Shown here in pieces: positions 9,482 through 18,612 of a DNA stretch of 24,000 bases; the stretch's first letter is position 1, and every line of letters starts with the position of its first letter. The notes beneath the pieces were generated by a model. The model saw only the letters and a list, made by a program, of their open reading frames with translations, did no database searches and was not told the DNA's origin. A program made the translations under genes and the position numbers. Origin of the DNA: Bacillus kwashiorkori (GTDB lineage: Bacteria; Bacillota; Bacilli; Bacillales; Caldibacillaceae); the NCBI RefSeq assembly GCF_001375515.1, contig NZ_CTDX01000016.1:446942-470941 (forward strand), given 5' to 3'.

Positions 9482-9520
9482 AAGTCCTATGTATCAAATT
9501 GATATGATTAGGGCTTTTTA
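9482..9520 (+). terminator. Rho-independent terminator after folD
   Basis: Long imperfect hairpin: AAGTCCTA (9482-9489) pairs with TAGGGCTT (9509-9516), with an inner TATC/GATA stem, followed by TTTTT. Confidence 0.65.
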
Positions 9521-9675
9521 ATTTGTATCGATCAACAAAGTCTATTCTTTCAACTCTCCATTAATGAGCAATCTTTATTGGTTGTAGTTACCGAATTCTA
9601 TAGGTGACTGCTTGATTCTTTTTTCATATACTATAAATATAAGAAATTTTGGATGAAAGGAGTGTCCTAAAGGTC

Positions 9676-11043
9676 TTGACAATAAATAATCATCAATATT
9701 TATCAGTACAAGCATTAACGAAATACATAAAACGAAAATTTGACTTTGATCCACATTTACAAGGAATTTTTGTAAAAGGTGAAATCTCAAATTATAAAAG
9801 ACATTCTAGCGGTCACTTGTATTTTACATTGAAAGATGATAAAGCGAGAATATTAGCGGTTATGTTTTCTGCGAATGCGAGGACAATACAATTCGAACCA
9901 GAAAATGGAATGAATGTACTAATTCGCGGTGATATTTCTGTATATGAACCGAGCGGACAGTATCAAATATATATAAAAGAAATGCAGCCAGATGGAATCG
10001 GAGCCCTGTATTTAGCTTTCGAACAGTTAAAGGAAAAGCTTAGTAAAGAAGGTCTCTTCAATAAGGAGTATAAAAAGCCAATCCCAAGTTTTCCGAAAAC
10101 GGTAGGAGTAATTACATCTCCAACAGGAGCTGCTATCCGGGATATTATTACTACAATCAAACGGAGATTTCCTGTAGCCCGAATTATTATCTATCCGGCA
10201 CTTGTCCAAGGAAAAACAGCAGCACCGTCAATCGTCAATGCTATTGATGTCGCGAATCAAAAAAGGGAAGCCGATATATTAATTGTTGGTCGTGGCGGAG
10301 GTTCCATTGAAGAACTGTGGGCATTTAATGAAGAAGTGGTAGCAAGGGCTATATTCCGTTCGAAAATTCCTATTATTTCGGCTGTTGGTCATGAGACAGA
10401 TACAACTATTGCTGACTTTGTTGCCGACTTAAGAGCACCGACACCAACAGGAGCAGCAGAAATGGCTGTACCACATATGGAAGATTTAATGGAACGTATT
10501 CTAAATCGAAAAATTCGCCTCATGCGTGTTATGAAAGAAAAAGTGGTGACGGAAAGAAATACATTAGACCGCTTAGTGAAATCATACGCTTTCCGTTATC
10601 CGCAAAAAATGTATGAACAAAAACTAGAGCAACTTGATAAGACAGTGGAACGTTCTTTTATTGCTTTAAAGCGGTTATATAGTCAAAAACAAGAAAATTT
10701 GCAGTTGTGGCAGAGACGGTTAAAAAGAAATCATCCTCATGAAAAATTTGATCAAGCCAGAGGGAATTACATTGAAAAACAAAAGCGTCTAATCCGAGTA
10801 ATGGAGCAATTGATAAAGGATAAGCAAAAAGAATTTGTCCACGCAATAGCTACGTTAGAAGCATTAAGCCCGTTAAAAATAATGGAACGCGGTTATAGCA
10901 TCGTTTATGAGGAGAAGAACAATTTAGTGAAAAGTATCCATGATGTGAATGTGGGAGACAATGTGGAAATTTCTTTAAAAGACGGGGTATTAAACTGTGA
11001 AGTAAAAAAACGGAAGGAGATATCGATAAATGAGCAAAACTGA
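9676..11043 (+). CDS. xseA: Exodeoxyribonuclease VII large subunit
   Basis: Homologous along its length to B. subtilis XseA (ALTKYIKRKFD, GVITSPTGAAIRDI, GRGGGSIEELWAFNEE). The start is ambiguous. TTG 9676 lies 13 nt after AAAGGAG, and the alternative TTG 9649 has no RBS. Confidence 0.9.
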   Translation: MTINNHQYLSVQALTKYIKRKFDFDPHLQGIFVKGEISNYKRHSSGHLYFTLKDDKARILAVMFSANARTIQFEPENGMNVLIRGDISVYEPSGQYQIYIKEMQPDGIGALYLAFEQLKEKLSKEGLFNKEYKKPIPSFPKTVGVITSPTGAAIRDIITTIKRRFPVARIIIYPALVQGKTAAPSIVNAIDVANQKREADILIVGRGGGSIEELWAFNEEVVARAIFRSKIPIISAVGHETDTTIADFVADLRAPTPTGAAEMAVPHMEDLMERILNRKIRLMRVMKEKVVTERNTLDRLVKSYAFRYPQKMYEQKLEQLDKTVERSFIALKRLYSQKQENLQLWQRRLKRNHPHEKFDQARGNYIEKQKRLIRVMEQLIKDKQKEFVHAIATLEALSPLKIMERGYSIVYEEKNNLVKSIHDVNVGDNVEISLKDGVLNCEVKKRKEISINEQN

Positions 11044-11260
11044 TTTAACATTTGAAGAAGCAATGGAAAAATTAGAAGCAATTGTGGATGTTCTAGAGGA
11101 AGGTGATGTCCCGTTAGAAGAGGCGATTACGAAATATAAAGAAGGGATGGAATTAGCAAAAATTTGCAATGTTAAACTGAAAAACGTTGAACAGCAGCTA
11201 GTAGAAATTTTAAATGAAAATGGTGAAACAGAAAACTTTTCCATTCAAGAGGAGGAGTAA
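11030..11260 (+). CDS. xseB: Exodeoxyribonuclease VII small subunit
   Basis: 76 aa with RBS GGAAGGAGA. It overlaps the xseA 3' end by 14 nt. LTFEEAMEKLEAIV is typical of XseB. Confidence 0.93.
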   Translation: MSKTDLTFEEAMEKLEAIVDVLEEGDVPLEEAITKYKEGMELAKICNVKLKNVEQQLVEILNENGETENFSIQEEE

Positions 11261-11262
11261 TT

Positions 11263-12144
11263 TTGTCCGATCTATCCTTGTTTATGGAACAGAATTTATC
11301 TAGTTTAAACATGAAACTAAGTGAGTACGTAAACCGTCTCGACGCACCTACCATATTAAAAGATTCAATGGATTATTCTATTCAAGCTGGTGGAAAAAGA
11401 ATCCGTCCCTTATTAATTTTAATGACTTTAGAAGCATTTCAAAAAAATCATGATAATGGACTTCCAGTTGCGTGTGCAGTGGAAATGGTTCATACATATT
11501 CGCTTATTCATGATGATCTTCCAAGTATGGATGATGATGATTTTCGGCGAGGAAAGTTTACGAACCATAGAGTATTTGGTGAAGCAAATGCTATTTTAGC
11601 TGGAGATGCATTATTAACGTATGCATTTCAAATGATCGCAGAATCACCTTCTATTTCCGACAAACATAAAGTTCAATTAATATTTGAACTAGCAAAGGCT
11701 GCTGGTCCAGAAGGTATGGTGGCAGGACAAGTAGCTGATATAGAGGGAGAAAATAAAACACTCTCGATAAAAGAATTAGAATATATTCATGTAAATAAAA
11801 CTGGGAGATTATTAGCTTTTTGTATTAAAGCTGGCGCTATTCTTGCTGACGCGAAAGAGGAAATAATCTCAGCTTTAGAGGAATTCTCATTACATCTTGG
11901 TCTAGCGTTTCAAATTCGAGATGATATATTAGATATTGAAGGCTCATTAGAAACGATTGGGAAACAAGTTGGTAGTGATGAAGGTAAGCAGAAAGCAACA
12001 TATCCTGCCCTTTTAACATTAGCAGGTGCAAAAGAAAAATTAACCGAACATATTAATCGTGCTAAAACTATTTTAGAAAACTTGCCGATTAAAAATAATT
12101 TATTATTGGAAATGACAGAGTTAATCGCGACAAGAAATTCGTAG
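11263..12144 (+). CDS. ispA: Farnesyl diphosphate synthase
   Basis: 293 aa with TTG start 5 nt after GAGGAGGAG. Both aspartate-rich motifs are present (IHDDLPSMDDDDFRRG and FQIRDDILD). Confidence 0.95.
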   Translation: MSDLSLFMEQNLSSLNMKLSEYVNRLDAPTILKDSMDYSIQAGGKRIRPLLILMTLEAFQKNHDNGLPVACAVEMVHTYSLIHDDLPSMDDDDFRRGKFTNHRVFGEANAILAGDALLTYAFQMIAESPSISDKHKVQLIFELAKAAGPEGMVAGQVADIEGENKTLSIKELEYIHVNKTGRLLAFCIKAGAILADAKEEIISALEEFSLHLGLAFQIRDDILDIEGSLETIGKQVGSDEGKQKATYPALLTLAGAKEKLTEHINRAKTILENLPIKNNLLLEMTELIATRNS

Positions 12145-12177
12145 TGGAAGTGTCCTTTTTTACCAAAAAACCGTTCA

Positions 12178-12206
12178 TTGTCTATAGAAAAATGTTATGT
12201 TATAAT
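12178..12206 (+). promoter_or_regulatory. Near-consensus sigma-A promoter with extended -10, directly after ispA
   Basis: TTGTCT (12178-12183), exactly 17-nt spacer, TGt-TATAAT (12198-12206). The predicted start near 12213 would initiate the noncoding segment. Confidence 0.6.
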
Positions 12207-12212
12207 TATTTT

Positions 12213-12825
12213 GTTATAGTGGTGCAGTATTCTAGTCGGACTACTGAACTTGAAGGTAGGGCTAAAAATCTACTAAAGGGCATATCGATGAAGTTTCTAG
12301 TATAGGCTTGAGGCGCCCAGCTTTGGGTCGATACTGGAAGTAAGGTTAAAGGGCGATCCGCAATGGCATGCGGGCGTGGACCCTCTAATCGCGGAGGCTC
12401 CATATTTGGGTAACCGATATGGAGTAAAACCTGATACGTGAGGGAGAGGATCAGCACGTACAGTGTAGCCTGCCTTGAGTGAAACATGAGGGGATTATGG
12501 TTATAAAAATAAATAACAGTTGGCCATTGTTACTTATTTTTCCGTCCATATGAAATCTGTTTTGCAAAAGAGGATAGAGTTCAGAAAAAGTTTGTTAGAG
12601 GAAAACTCCTAGACTGTTCCGAAAGACATAATGTAAGGATTATAGTACGGACTAAGTGGCAATCCAGTCTAACAATTGGTGACAATGTTAAGGCAGATTT
12701 AAAGGGAAACCGCCTGTGTGGCGACACTGGGTATTTGCCTGGGAAAACCTACTGGACCTAAGCCGTAATTTTGCCTTTAATTATGACCACTAAATGATTA
12801 GCTTAAGGGGATTTTCCCCTACTAC
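12213..12825 (+). ncRNA. ole: Candidate OLE (ornate, large, extremophilic) RNA; boundaries approximate
   Basis: About 610 nt with no credible ORF, lying between ispA and a 4-TM protein followed by dxs, which is the published OLE context. GC-rich blocks contain local helices: 12398-12405/12417-12424 (8 bp), 12358-12362/12369-12373, 12435-12440/12455-12460 and 12806-12810/12816-12820. The call rests on context and structure, not a covariance-model hit. Confidence 0.75.
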
Positions 12826-12853
12826 ATAATTTTTGCGCGGAAAGAGACATTTT

Positions 12854-13465
12854 ATGAGACAAATGTTAAAAAATTCGTTAAAATGGAGTTTAACAATCGC
12901 CGTTACCACATTTGTGTTAGCGGCTATTTTTTCAATATTCTCCAACTATATTTTAAATGATATTAGTTGGATTGCTGGAATTGGTGTCGTATTAGGCATT
13001 GTGTTAATAGGGATTTTTTTTGATATGATTGGTATTGCTGCTACTGCTGCTGATGAAGTACCGTTTCATGCGATGGCCTCTAATAAAGTGTATGGTGCAA
13101 AACATTCGGTTCGAATTGTTCGCAATGCAGACAAAGTCGCTTCTTTTTGTAATGATGTTATTGGCGATATATCCGGCATCATTAGTGGTACTGCCTCAGC
13201 TATTGTCATTATCCAACTTACAGCTAATTTTTATATAGGTAAAAATAGTTTATTCGAATATATTATTTCTGTTATTTTTACAAGTTTCATTGCAGCATTA
13301 ACAGTTGGCGGCAAAGCATTCGGAAAATCCTTTGCTATTCAATTTTCTAAGCAAATTATTTTACAAGCTGGGAAAGTGTTGCAATTTTTAGAAGAAAAGT
13401 TTCATATCGTAATATTAAAAGAGAAAAAGAAACGTAAAAAAAAGAAAAATCGATTAAGAAAGTGA
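12854..13465 (+). CDS. oapA: OLE-associated membrane protein A candidate (4 TM, polybasic C-terminus)
   Basis: About 203 aa from ATG 12854. Four hydrophobic segments are present, plus acidic motifs (FFDMIGIAATAADEV and NDVIGDISG) and the C-terminal tail KEKKKRKKKKNRLRK. It sits between the ncRNA and dxs. The start could also be 12833 or 12863. Confidence 0.7.
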   Translation: MRQMLKNSLKWSLTIAVTTFVLAAIFSIFSNYILNDISWIAGIGVVLGIVLIGIFFDMIGIAATAADEVPFHAMASNKVYGAKHSVRIVRNADKVASFCNDVIGDISGIISGTASAIVIIQLTANFYIGKNSLFEYIISVIFTSFIAALTVGGKAFGKSFAIQFSKQIILQAGKVLQFLEEKFHIVILKEKKKRKKKKNRLRK

Positions 13466-13477
13466 GTGATCTGCTTC

Positions 13478-15370
13478 ATGGATGTATTATCCATTAAAGA
13501 TCCTTCGTTTTTAAAAGACTTATCTATCGAACAGTTAGAAGATTTGAGTCAACATATCCGAGATTTTTTAATCGAAAAACTTTCCATCACTGGTGGACAT
13601 ATCGGTCCTAATCTAGGTGTTGTGGAGCTGACGATTGCACTTCATAAAAGCTTTAACAGTCCGAAAGATAAATTTATTTGGGATGTTGGTCATCAATCAT
13701 ATGTTCACAAAATTTTAACTGGGCGGGCAAAAGACTTTGATTCCATAAGGCAATATAAAGGTTTAAGTGGATTTCCAAAACGCAGTGAAAGTGAGCACGA
13801 TATTTGGGAAACTGGCCATAGTTCGACGAGCCTATCTGCTGCGATGGGTATGGCAATTGCCCGCGATTTACGTGGAGAAAACCACCATATTGTGCCAATT
13901 ATTGGGGATGGTGCACTAACAGGTGGCATGGCATTAGAAGCATTAAACCATATTGGTCATGAAAAGAAAAATATTATCGTTGTATTAAATGATAACGAAA
14001 TGTCAATTGCACCTAACGTCGGAGCCCTGCATAATATGCTTGGTCGAGTCCGTACGGCAAGTAAATACAACTTTGTCAAAGATGAAATGGAGTCATTATT
14101 AAAAAAGATACCTGCAGTAGGTGGAAAAGTCGCCTCCACAGCAGAAAGAATTAAAGATAGTTTTAAATACTTTTTTGTTCCTGGAATTTTCTTTGAAGAA
14201 CTAGGTTTTACGTATTTAGGTCCTGTTGATGGTCATGATTTTGACGATTTATTTGATAGCTTGCGAAATGCGAAAAAAACAGAAGGACCAGTATTGCTTC
14301 ATGTTGTAACGAAAAAAGGGAAAGGATATAAACCAGCGGAAACTGATAAAATAGGTACATGGCATGGTACAGGCCCATATAAAATTGAAACAGGTGCATT
14401 TGTTAAGCCAGTTACAAGCCCTCCTGCTTGGAGTAAGTTAGTAAGTGAAACGGTTAGAACATTAGCTAGACAAGATGAGCGAATTGTAGCAATAACTCCA
14501 GCTATGCCCGTTGGTTCAAAGTTGGAAGGTTTCCAGCAGGAATTTCCAAACCGATTTTTTGACGTAGGAATTGCTGAACAACATGCAACGACATTAGCGG
14601 CAGGTTTGGCGATAGATGGAATGAAACCATTTTTAGCCATCTATTCCACTTTTTTACAGAGGGCATATGATCAGCTTGTCCATGATATTTGCCGACAAAA
14701 TTTGAACGTCTTTATCGGTGTCGATCGTGCGGGTTTAGTTGGTGCCGATGGAGAAACTCATCAAGGTGTATTTGATATCGCCTTTTTAAGGCATTTACCA
14801 AATATAGTATTAATGATGCCTAAAGATGAAAATGAAGGCCAACATATGGTTTATACAGCTTTACATTATGATGATGGACCAATAGTTATGCGTTTTCCAC
14901 GTGGAAATGGATTAGGAGTTCCGTTAGACGAACAATTGTGTGAAATCCCTATCGGATCTTGGGAAATACTACGGGAAGGCCGAGACTTAGCAATTCTCAC
15001 TTTTGGAACAACGATTCCACTTGCCTTAGAAGCAGCTGAATATTTTTCGAAAAAAGGAATTAGCATTAAAGTTGTGAATGCTAGATTTATTAAGCCATTA
15101 GATGAAGAAATGTTAAGACAAATTTTTCAGGAAAATATGCCTATAATAACAATAGAAGAAGCGGTTTTACAAGGCGGCTTTGGCAGTTCTATTTTGGAAT
15201 TTGCCCATGATCAAGCATACCACCACGTAAATATTCAACGAATGGGTATCCATGATCAATTTATTGAACACGGCAGTGTAAATAAATTGTTAGAAGAAAT
15301 TGGATTAACGACGGAAAACTTAATCCAACTAGCCAATAGTATGATTCAAAAACTAGCAAAAAGGGCATGA
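13478..15370 (+). CDS. dxs: 1-deoxy-D-xylulose-5-phosphate synthase
   Basis: ATG 13478 gives [14 protein letters not shown], aligned to the B. subtilis Dxs start (MDLLSIQDPSFLKN). 630 aa. The TPP-binding motif [15 protein letters not shown] is present. Confidence 0.96.
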   Translation: MDVLSIKDPSFLKDLSIEQLEDLSQHIRDFLIEKLSITGGHIGPNLGVVELTIALHKSFNSPKDKFIWDVGHQSYVHKILTGRAKDFDSIRQYKGLSGFPKRSESEHDIWETGHSSTSLSAAMGMAIARDLRGENHHIVPIIGDGALTGGMALEALNHIGHEKKNIIVVLNDNEMSIAPNVGALHNMLGRVRTASKYNFVKDEMESLLKKIPAVGGKVASTAERIKDSFKYFFVPGIFFEELGFTYLGPVDGHDFDDLFDSLRNAKKTEGPVLLHVVTKKGKGYKPAETDKIGTWHGTGPYKIETGAFVKPVTSPPAWSKLVSETVRTLARQDERIVAITPAMPVGSKLEGFQQEFPNRFFDVGIAEQHATTLAAGLAIDGMKPFLAIYSTFLQRAYDQLVHDICRQNLNVFIGVDRAGLVGADGETHQGVFDIAFLRHLPNIVLMMPKDENEGQHMVYTALHYDDGPIVMRFPRGNGLGVPLDEQLCEIPIGSWEILREGRDLAILTFGTTIPLALEAAEYFSKKGISIKVVNARFIKPLDEEMLRQIFQENMPIITIEEAVLQGGFGSSILEFAHDQAYHHVNIQRMGIHDQFIEHGSVNKLLEEIGLTTENLIQLANSMIQKLAKRA

Positions 15371-15373
15371 AAA

Positions 15374-16198
15374 ATGAAAACAGAAAAAGTACGTATTGAT
15401 ACATTATTAGTGGATCGAGGCTTTTTTGATACACGTGAAAAAGCGAAAAGAGCAATAATGGCTGGAATTGTTTATTCGAATGAAGTAAGATTGGACAAAC
15501 CGGGTGAAAAGGTAGCTTCAGACTTACCGATTACGATTAAAGGAAAGCAAATGCCATATGTTTCAAGAGGCGGATATAAATTAGAAAAAGCTTTAAAGGA
15601 ATTCGATCTAGCAGTTAAAGATAAAGTGATTATCGATATTGGGGCATCGACTGGTGGATTTACGGATTGTGCCTTACAAAATGGTGCCAAATATTCCTAC
15701 GCTATCGACGTCGGTTACAATCAGCTTGCTTGGAAACTGCGTCAAGATGAACGGGTAATTGTAATGGAAAGAACGAATTTCCGTTATTTAAAAAGGGAGG
15801 ATTTACTTAAAGAACTTCCTGAATTCGCCTGTATAGACGTATCTTTCATCTCCCTAAAATTAATTTTACCAGCATTAAAGCCGATACTCGTTTCGAATGC
15901 AGATATTGTTGCACTTATAAAGCCGCAATTTGAGGCTGGGAAAGAGCTTGTCGGTAAAAAGGGAATCGTTCGGGATAAAAAAGTTCATCAACAAGTAATT
16001 GATGAAATAGTCAATTTTTCACTAAAGACAGGTTATGACGTTGAAAATATAACATTTTCCCCAATCACTGGTGGGGATGGGAATATTGAATTTTTAATTC
16101 ATTTAAAAAAACCAGAAGCACAAAGACAAGGAGAAAATCATTTATTCATTTCTATTGAAAAAATTGTAGAAAAGGCTCATGATCAATTGCAAAAATAA
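15374..16198 (+). CDS. yqxC: TlyA-family rRNA 2'-O-methyltransferase with S4 domain
   Basis: 274 aa with an N-terminal S4-like segment (RIDTLLVDRGF) and SAM-binding motif IDIGASTGGFTD. Its position after dxs matches B. subtilis yqxC. Confidence 0.88.
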   Translation: MKTEKVRIDTLLVDRGFFDTREKAKRAIMAGIVYSNEVRLDKPGEKVASDLPITIKGKQMPYVSRGGYKLEKALKEFDLAVKDKVIIDIGASTGGFTDCALQNGAKYSYAIDVGYNQLAWKLRQDERVIVMERTNFRYLKREDLLKELPEFACIDVSFISLKLILPALKPILVSNADIVALIKPQFEAGKELVGKKGIVRDKKVHQQVIDEIVNFSLKTGYDVENITFSPITGGDGNIEFLIHLKKPEAQRQGENHLFISIEKIVEKAHDQLQK

Positions 16199-16229
16199 GA
16201 GAGGAATATTTCCTTTCTTTTTTATTTTG
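16199..16229 (+). terminator. Rho-independent terminator after yqxC
   Basis: Stem GAGAGGAA (16199-16206) / TTCCTTTC (16210-16217), loop TAT, then TTTTTTATTTT. Confidence 0.75.
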
Positions 16230-16337
16230 TTTTTCTGTTAAAATAAATGTAGATTTAGCAGGATTTTTGTCGATAAAAATCGAAAGCAATAGTACGAAGG
16301 TAAGTATTATTGGTTGACATACATAGAGGTGACAGAA

Positions 16338-16790
16338 TTGAGTAAAAAGCAACGTCATATAAAAATTCGCGAAATAATTGGGAAAAAGGAAATAGAGACC
16401 CAAGATGAATTAGTTCACTATTTGCGGGAAGCTGGTTTTAAAGTGACACAAGCAACGATTTCTCGGGATATAAAAGAACTTCACTTAATTAAAGTCCCAA
16501 CAATTAAAGGTCATTATAAGTATAGCCTTCCAGCAGATCAACGTTTTAACCCTTTGGAAAAACTAAGGAAAACGCTTTTTGACGCATTTGTAAAAATCGA
16601 TTATGCCGACCATTTGCTCGTACTAAAAACAATACCAGGCAATGCACAAGCGGTAGGAGCACTAATCGATCAATTGGAATGGGAAGAAATTATTGGTACT
16701 ATTTGTGGAGACGATACTTGTCTAGTCATTTGTCGTAGCCCAGAGATGGCGCAAAATCTTTCAACTCGAATTACAGATATGCTGACTTAG
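16338..16790 (+). CDS. argR: Arginine repressor
   Basis: TTG 16338 lies 7 nt after AGAGGTG and gives [14 protein letters not shown], aligned to B. subtilis AhrC ([14 protein letters not shown]). 150 aa. GTICGDDT is conserved. Confidence 0.93.
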   Translation: MSKKQRHIKIREIIGKKEIETQDELVHYLREAGFKVTQATISRDIKELHLIKVPTIKGHYKYSLPADQRFNPLEKLRKTLFDAFVKIDYADHLLVLKTIPGNAQAVGALIDQLEWEEIIGTICGDDTCLVICRSPEMAQNLSTRITDMLT

Positions 16791-16805
16791 GGGAGGAGGA
16801 AAGTA

Positions 16806-18500
16806 ATGTTAGCAGAATTATCAATAAAAAACTTTGCAATTATTGATGAAATTCATATTTCCTTTGATAGTGGTTTTATCGTTTTAACTGGCGAAACTGG
16901 GGCAGGGAAATCGATTTTAATTGATGCCATTCAATTATTAGTTGGTGGGCGCGGTTCCAGTGATTTTGTTCGCCATGGTACAGATAAAGCAGAGATTGAA
17001 GGGCTTTTTCTTGTAGAGGAAAACCACCCTAGTTTGAACAAGTTATCAGAATTTGGAATTGAAAGTGAAGAAGGGATGGTTGTCATTCGCCGCGATATTT
17101 TTCAAAATGGAAAAAGTACGTGTCGAATTAACGGGAAATTAGTGACAATTTCCATCTTACGTGAGGTTGGCAGAACATTAGTTGATATTCACGGACAACA
17201 TGAGCATCAAGAGTTACTCGATGAGCGGAGCCATATAAAGTTATTAGATGAGTTTGGCGGTGTCAATCTAAAATTAGCATTAAAAGAATACCAAGATTTA
17301 TACCATGAATATGAAAAAATTAAACGTGACTTTAAACGTCTGACAGAAAATGAGCAAGAAATGGCGCAACGTCTTGACTTATTAAAATTTCAATTAGAAG
17401 AAATTACAAAGGCTAATTTGCAATTAAATGAAGATGAGCTACTACTAGCTGAGAAAAAGAAATATTCTAATTATGAAAAATTATTCACTTTTCTGAGTAC
17501 AAGTTATGAAGCACTTCAAGGAGAACAAAAAGGACTAGACTGGATTAGTCTTGTCCAAGCAAATTTAGAATCAGCAGCAGCAGTCGATGAGGAATACCAG
17601 TCTATTTACGAACAAGTTGCCAATTGTTTTTACCAGCTTGAAGATATTTTGCATGTACTACGAAATGAGTTAGATAATTTAGAATACAATCCAGACAGAT
17701 TAATGGAAGTTGATAACCGATTAATGGAGATTAATCAGCTGAAACGGAAATATGGTCAAACAATCGAAGAAATTTTAGAATACGGGGCAAAAATAGAAGA
17801 AGAAGTGGAAACAATTGAGAATCGAGAAAGTTATGTTAGTCAATTAGATAGCAAACTTCGATCAGTTGAAAAGGATTTAATCATTGAAGCAGAAAATTTA
17901 ACATCGATTCGAAAAAAAACAGCAATAACTTTAACTACTGCTATTCAACAGGAATTAAAAAGCTTGTACATGGACAAAACTGTATTTGAAGTTTTTTTTG
18001 CAAAAGATGTTAAACAATTTAAATACGACGGGATGGACCAAATCCAATTTTTAATTAGTACTAATCCTGGAGAACCATTAAAACCTTTATCTAAAGTCGC
18101 CTCTGGTGGAGAGTTGTCGCGAATAATGCTCGCTTTAAAGGCAATTTTTTCAAAGCACCAAGGTGTCACTTCTATTATTTTCGATGAAGTGGATACTGGA
18201 GTTAGCGGAAAAGTTGCTCAAGCAATCGGTGAAAAAATTTATCAAATTTCTTTAGGTTCACAAGTATTATCCATCACTCATTTACCCCAGGTGGCTGCAA
18301 TTGGTGACATCCATTATTTTATTGCTAAAACAGTTGAAAATGAACGGACAATAACAACAATAACTACCCTTACAGAAGCAGGACGGATAAAAGAAATTGC
18401 CCGAATGATATCAGGAGCAAAAATTACTGCTTCCACCGAATCACATGCAAAAGAAATGCTCGATTTAGCCAATAAAATGAAAGAAAAAAATGAGATGTAA
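16806..18500 (+). CDS. recN: DNA repair protein RecN
   Basis: 564 aa with RBS GGGGAGGAGG. It has Walker A GETGAGKS, a long coiled-coil middle, the signature ASGGELSR and Walker B IIFDEVD. Confidence 0.96.
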   Translation: MLAELSIKNFAIIDEIHISFDSGFIVLTGETGAGKSILIDAIQLLVGGRGSSDFVRHGTDKAEIEGLFLVEENHPSLNKLSEFGIESEEGMVVIRRDIFQNGKSTCRINGKLVTISILREVGRTLVDIHGQHEHQELLDERSHIKLLDEFGGVNLKLALKEYQDLYHEYEKIKRDFKRLTENEQEMAQRLDLLKFQLEEITKANLQLNEDELLLAEKKKYSNYEKLFTFLSTSYEALQGEQKGLDWISLVQANLESAAAVDEEYQSIYEQVANCFYQLEDILHVLRNELDNLEYNPDRLMEVDNRLMEINQLKRKYGQTIEEILEYGAKIEEEVETIENRESYVSQLDSKLRSVEKDLIIEAENLTSIRKKTAITLTTAIQQELKSLYMDKTVFEVFFAKDVKQFKYDGMDQIQFLISTNPGEPLKPLSKVASGGELSRIMLALKAIFSKHQGVTSIIFDEVDTGVSGKVAQAIGEKIYQISLGSQVLSITHLPQVAAIGDIHYFIAKTVENERTITTITTLTEAGRIKEIARMISGAKITASTESHAKEMLDLANKMKEKNEM

Positions 18501-18612
18501 AAATTAGCCTCAATTACCCAAATATAATTCGCAAAAACAATTATAAAGATACGTCGGAAAGGCAAGATTATTAATGTAGCATGTTGGTGTGGATTAGAAG
18601 CGAGGAGAGTGA

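Noticed and set aside
12206-12487. 93-aa ORF on the - strand inside the ispA-dxs gap
   Set aside because: It has no RBS and no recognisable protein features. It lies in the GC-rich, helix-dense part of the ncRNA candidate and is antisense to a strongly co-oriented gene string. It is best explained as a chance ORF in GC-rich noncoding sequence.
18501-18612. Search for a sigma-F/sigma-G promoter upstream of spoIVB (GCATG at about 18579)
   Set aside because: A -35-like GCATG is present, but no properly spaced CAnnnTA or GGnnAnAnT -10 could be matched by eye, so it is not reported as a feature.
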